In this document: positions 61,622 to 64,000 of the stretch, piece by piece
Layout: every line of letters starts with the position of its first letter
Numbering within the stretch: position 1 is the stretch's first letter
DNA from: an uncultured Acidobacteriota bacterium
GTDB taxonomy: Bacteria; Acidobacteriota; Holophagae; Holophagales; Holophagaceae
Assembly: GCA_963740385.1 (NCBI GenBank)
Contig: CAVUDX010000008.1
Coordinates: forward strand, 172,055-236,054
DNA length: 64,000 bases
Direction: 5' to 3'
Notes under the pieces: model-generated
The model's input: only the letters and a program-made list of their open reading frames with translations
The model's database searches: none
What the model was told of the DNA's origin: nothing
Translations under genes and position numbers: made by a program

Positions 61622-62068
61622 ATGGCCCACACCTATCCCGTCACGCTCACCTGGACCGGCAACACCCTGGATGGCACCTACAACCGCAACGCCACGGTGA
61701 GCACCGCCGGCAAGCACCCCCTTGCCGTCAGCAGCGCCCCCGAATACGCGGGCGACGCCAGCCGCTGGAACCCCGAGGACCTGCTGGGCTCGGCCCTGGC
61801 CACCTGTCACATGCTGACCTTCCTGGCCCTCTGCGCGAAGGCCAAGGTGGAGGTGCTGGCCTACGAGGACCACGCGGAAGCCGTGCTGGACACCGTCGAC
61901 AAGGTCACCCGCATCACCCAGGTGCACCTGCGGCCGGTCATCCGCGTCACCCGCGGCACCAGCATGGCCAAGGTGGTGGAGCTCTTCGAGAAGGCCCACA
62001 AGTACTGCTTCGTGGCCAACTCCGTCACCTGCGAGGCCGTGCTGGCCCCCCGCATCGTCGAGGCCTAG
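61622..62068 (+). CDS. OsmC/Ohr-family protein
   Basis: NPEDLL...TCHMLTFL...AHKYCFVANSV. Confidence 0.9.
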   Translation: MAHTYPVTLTWTGNTLDGTYNRNATVSTAGKHPLAVSSAPEYAGDASRWNPEDLLGSALATCHMLTFLALCAKAKVEVLAYEDHAEAVLDTVDKVTRITQVHLRPVIRVTRGTSMAKVVELFEKAHKYCFVANSVTCEAVLAPRIVEA

Positions 62069-62082
62069 CTCGGGGAGCACCG

Positions 62083-62661
62083 GTGCGCTGTCCCTTCTGT
62101 GGGCATCTGGAGGACAAGGTGGTGGACTCCCGGGAGTCCCGCGAGGGGGACTCCATCCGCCGCCGGCGCGAGTGCCTCTCCTGCTCGCGCCGCTTCACCA
62201 GCTACGAGCGGGTAGAGGAGGTGCCGCTGGTGATCCTCAAGAAGGACGGACGGCGCGAGCCCTTTGATCGCCAGAAGCTCATGAAGGGCCTGCTGCTGGC
62301 CTGCCAGAAGCGGTCCGTGTCCCTGGCCCGCATCGAGCAACTGGTGGGGGACCTGCACGCCCGCCTCATGGAACGGCCTGATCGAGAGATCCGCAGCCGC
62401 GAGCTGGGGGAGCTCATCATGGACGAGCTGAAGGGGCTGGACCAGGTGGCCTACGTGCGCTTCGCCAGCGTCTACCGCGACTTCAAGGATCTGCCGGACT
62501 TCGTGAAGGCCCTGGAGGGCCTCATGCACAAGGAGGCGGCGGCGGGGCGGAGCGCGTCGCCGCCGGCATCGGAGCCGGCCCCCACACTGGCCAAACCCGT
62601 GGCCCAGGCGCTGTTTCCGGGCGAGGCCGAGGCACCGCTCCCGAGGACCCGCAAGAAGTAG
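62083..62661 (+). CDS. nrdR: Transcriptional repressor NrdR
   Basis: RCPFC, VVDSR, IRRRREC, RFTSYE, VAYVRFASVY; GTG start. Confidence 0.95.
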   Translation: MRCPFCGHLEDKVVDSRESREGDSIRRRRECLSCSRRFTSYERVEEVPLVILKKDGRREPFDRQKLMKGLLLACQKRSVSLARIEQLVGDLHARLMERPDREIRSRELGELIMDELKGLDQVAYVRFASVYRDFKDLPDFVKALEGLMHKEAAAGRSASPPASEPAPTLAKPVAQALFPGEAEAPLPRTRKK

Positions 62662-62688
62662 GGGTATCCTGGGGACCGAGGTAGTTCC

Positions 62689-64000
62689 GTGGCCGAAGAT
62701 GTCCTGCTCCCCCCCCAGCCCGATGAGACGCCGAAGCTGCCTGAAGAGCTGCCGGTGCTGCCCTTGCGGGACGTCGTGGTGTACCCCTATGTGATCCTGC
62801 CCCTCAGCATCAGCCGGGAGAAGTCCATCCGGGCGGTGGACACGGCCCTGGTCGAGAACCGCATGATCCTGCTGCTCTCCCAGAAGCAGACGGAAATGGA
62901 CAACCCCCGGCCCGAGGACCTCTACCAGGTGGGCACGGCGGCCCTCATCATGCGGGTGCTGAAGCTGCCGGATGGCCGCATCCGCGCCCTGGTGCAGGGC
63001 CTCCAGCGCGTGCGGGTGGAGTATTTCACCGAGACCGAGCAGCTCTTCAAAGCCCGGGTGGAGCCCCTGGCTGAGCCCGAGCTGAAGTCTCCCGCCCTGG
63101 AACAGGACGCCCTGCTGCGCAGCGTCAAGCAGACCCTCGAAAAAGCCGTGGCCCTGGGCAAGACCCTGCCCCAGGAGGTGCTGGTCATCGCCGGCAACCT
63201 CGACAACCCGGGCCGCCTGGCGGACCTGGTGGCCTCCAACCTCGACCTGAAGCTCCAGCAGACCCAGGAAGTGCTGGAGATCGCCCATCCGGGCCTGCGG
63301 CTCAAGCGGGTCAACGAGCTGCTCATGCGGGAGATCCAGCTGCTGGAAGTGCAGCAGAAGATCACCATGGAAGCCCGTGGCGAGATGGACAAGAGCCAGC
63401 GGGAGTACTACCTGCGCCAGCAGCTCAAGGCCATCCAGCAGGAGCTGGGCGAGGGCTCGGAACTGTCCGAGGAGGTCGCCGCCTTCCGCGACAAGCTCGC
63501 CAAGATGACGGTGCCCGAAGAGCCGCTGGTGGAGATCGAGCGCAACCTCAAGAAGCTCGAGCGCATGCACCCGGATTCCAGCGAGACGGCGGTCACCCGC
63601 ACCTACCTGGAGTGGATGACCGAGCTGCCCTGGGGCGTCCAGACGACGGACAACCTGGACCTGATCGAAGCCAAGACCGTGTTGGACGAGGACCACTACG
63701 GGCTGGCGAAGATCAAGGACCGCCTGCTGGAGTTCCTGGCGGTGCGCAAGCTCAAGCCGGACCTGCGTGGCACCATCCTCTGCTTCGTGGGCCCACCAGG
63801 CGTGGGCAAGACCAGCCTCGGCAAGTCCATCGCCCGGGCCCTGGGCCGGAAGTACGCCCGCATTTCCCTGGGTGGCGTGCACGACGAGAGCGAGATCCGG
63901 GGCCACCGCCGCACCTACGTGGGGGCCATGCCCGGCCGCATCATCCAGGCCCTGCACCAGGTCAAGAGCATGAACCCCGTGATCATGCTCGACGAGGTGG
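62689..64000 (+). CDS. lon: Lon protease (3'-partial)
   Basis: Manual translation: LPVLPLRDVVVYP, QREYYLRQQLKAI, LDEDHYGL, GPPGVGKTS, GHRRTYVGAMPG. Confidence 0.95.
   Translation, partial: MAEDVLLPPQPDETPKLPEELPVLPLRDVVVYPYVILPLSISREKSIRAVDTALVENRMILLLSQKQTEMDNPRPEDLYQVGTAALIMRVLKLPDGRIRALVQGLQRVRVEYFTETEQLFKARVEPLAEPELKSPALEQDALLRSVKQTLEKAVALGKTLPQEVLVIAGNLDNPGRLADLVASNLDLKLQQTQEVLEIAHPGLRLKRVNELLMREIQLLEVQQKITMEARGEMDKSQREYYLRQQLKAIQQELGEGSELSEEVAAFRDKLAKMTVPEEPLVEIERNLKKLERMHPDSSETAVTRTYLEWMTELPWGVQTTDNLDLIEAKTVLDEDHYGLAKIKDRLLEFLAVRKLKPDLRGTILCFVGPPGVGKTSLGKSIARALGRKYARISLGGVHDESEIRGHRRTYVGAMPGRIIQALHQVKSMNPVIMLDEV

Noticed and set aside
61561-62661. 366-aa N-terminally extended NrdR
   Set aside because: The extension overlaps osmC in another frame; the real start is GTG 62083 after a GGGGAG RBS.

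Overview
High-GC chromosomal window whose gene content and protein style suggest Holophagae/Geothrix-like Acidobacteriota (inference). In order it carries: a heat-shock block (dnaK, then dnaJ-hspR, an alternative sigma70 and a DnaC-like ATPase); yacG, an ArnC-like glycosyltransferase and an OmpR regulator; a truncated DPP-III-like exported protein; an MglA-type GTPase fused to PAS-histidine kinase-receiver domains; uppS-cdsA-dxr-rseP preceded by a triplicated uppS 5' end carrying a hairpin-rich insert; a LytS/LytTR pair; ribF/TerC; rsmE; an M28 peptidase; a HexR-controlled Entner-Doudoroff cluster with gap; an exported AGE/CE-fold epimerase; an NhaR-like regulator with an HPF-HtpX-TerC-ExoD-zinc-ribbon operon; an ~19 kb LacI-controlled starch/maltodextrin locus; then rsmB, osmC, nrdR and a partial lon. 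I saw no tRNA, rRNA, CRISPR array or transposase. The strongest novelty candidates are the MglA-kinase fusion and the uppS-leader repeat element. All family calls come from motif recognition by eye; no database searches were run.
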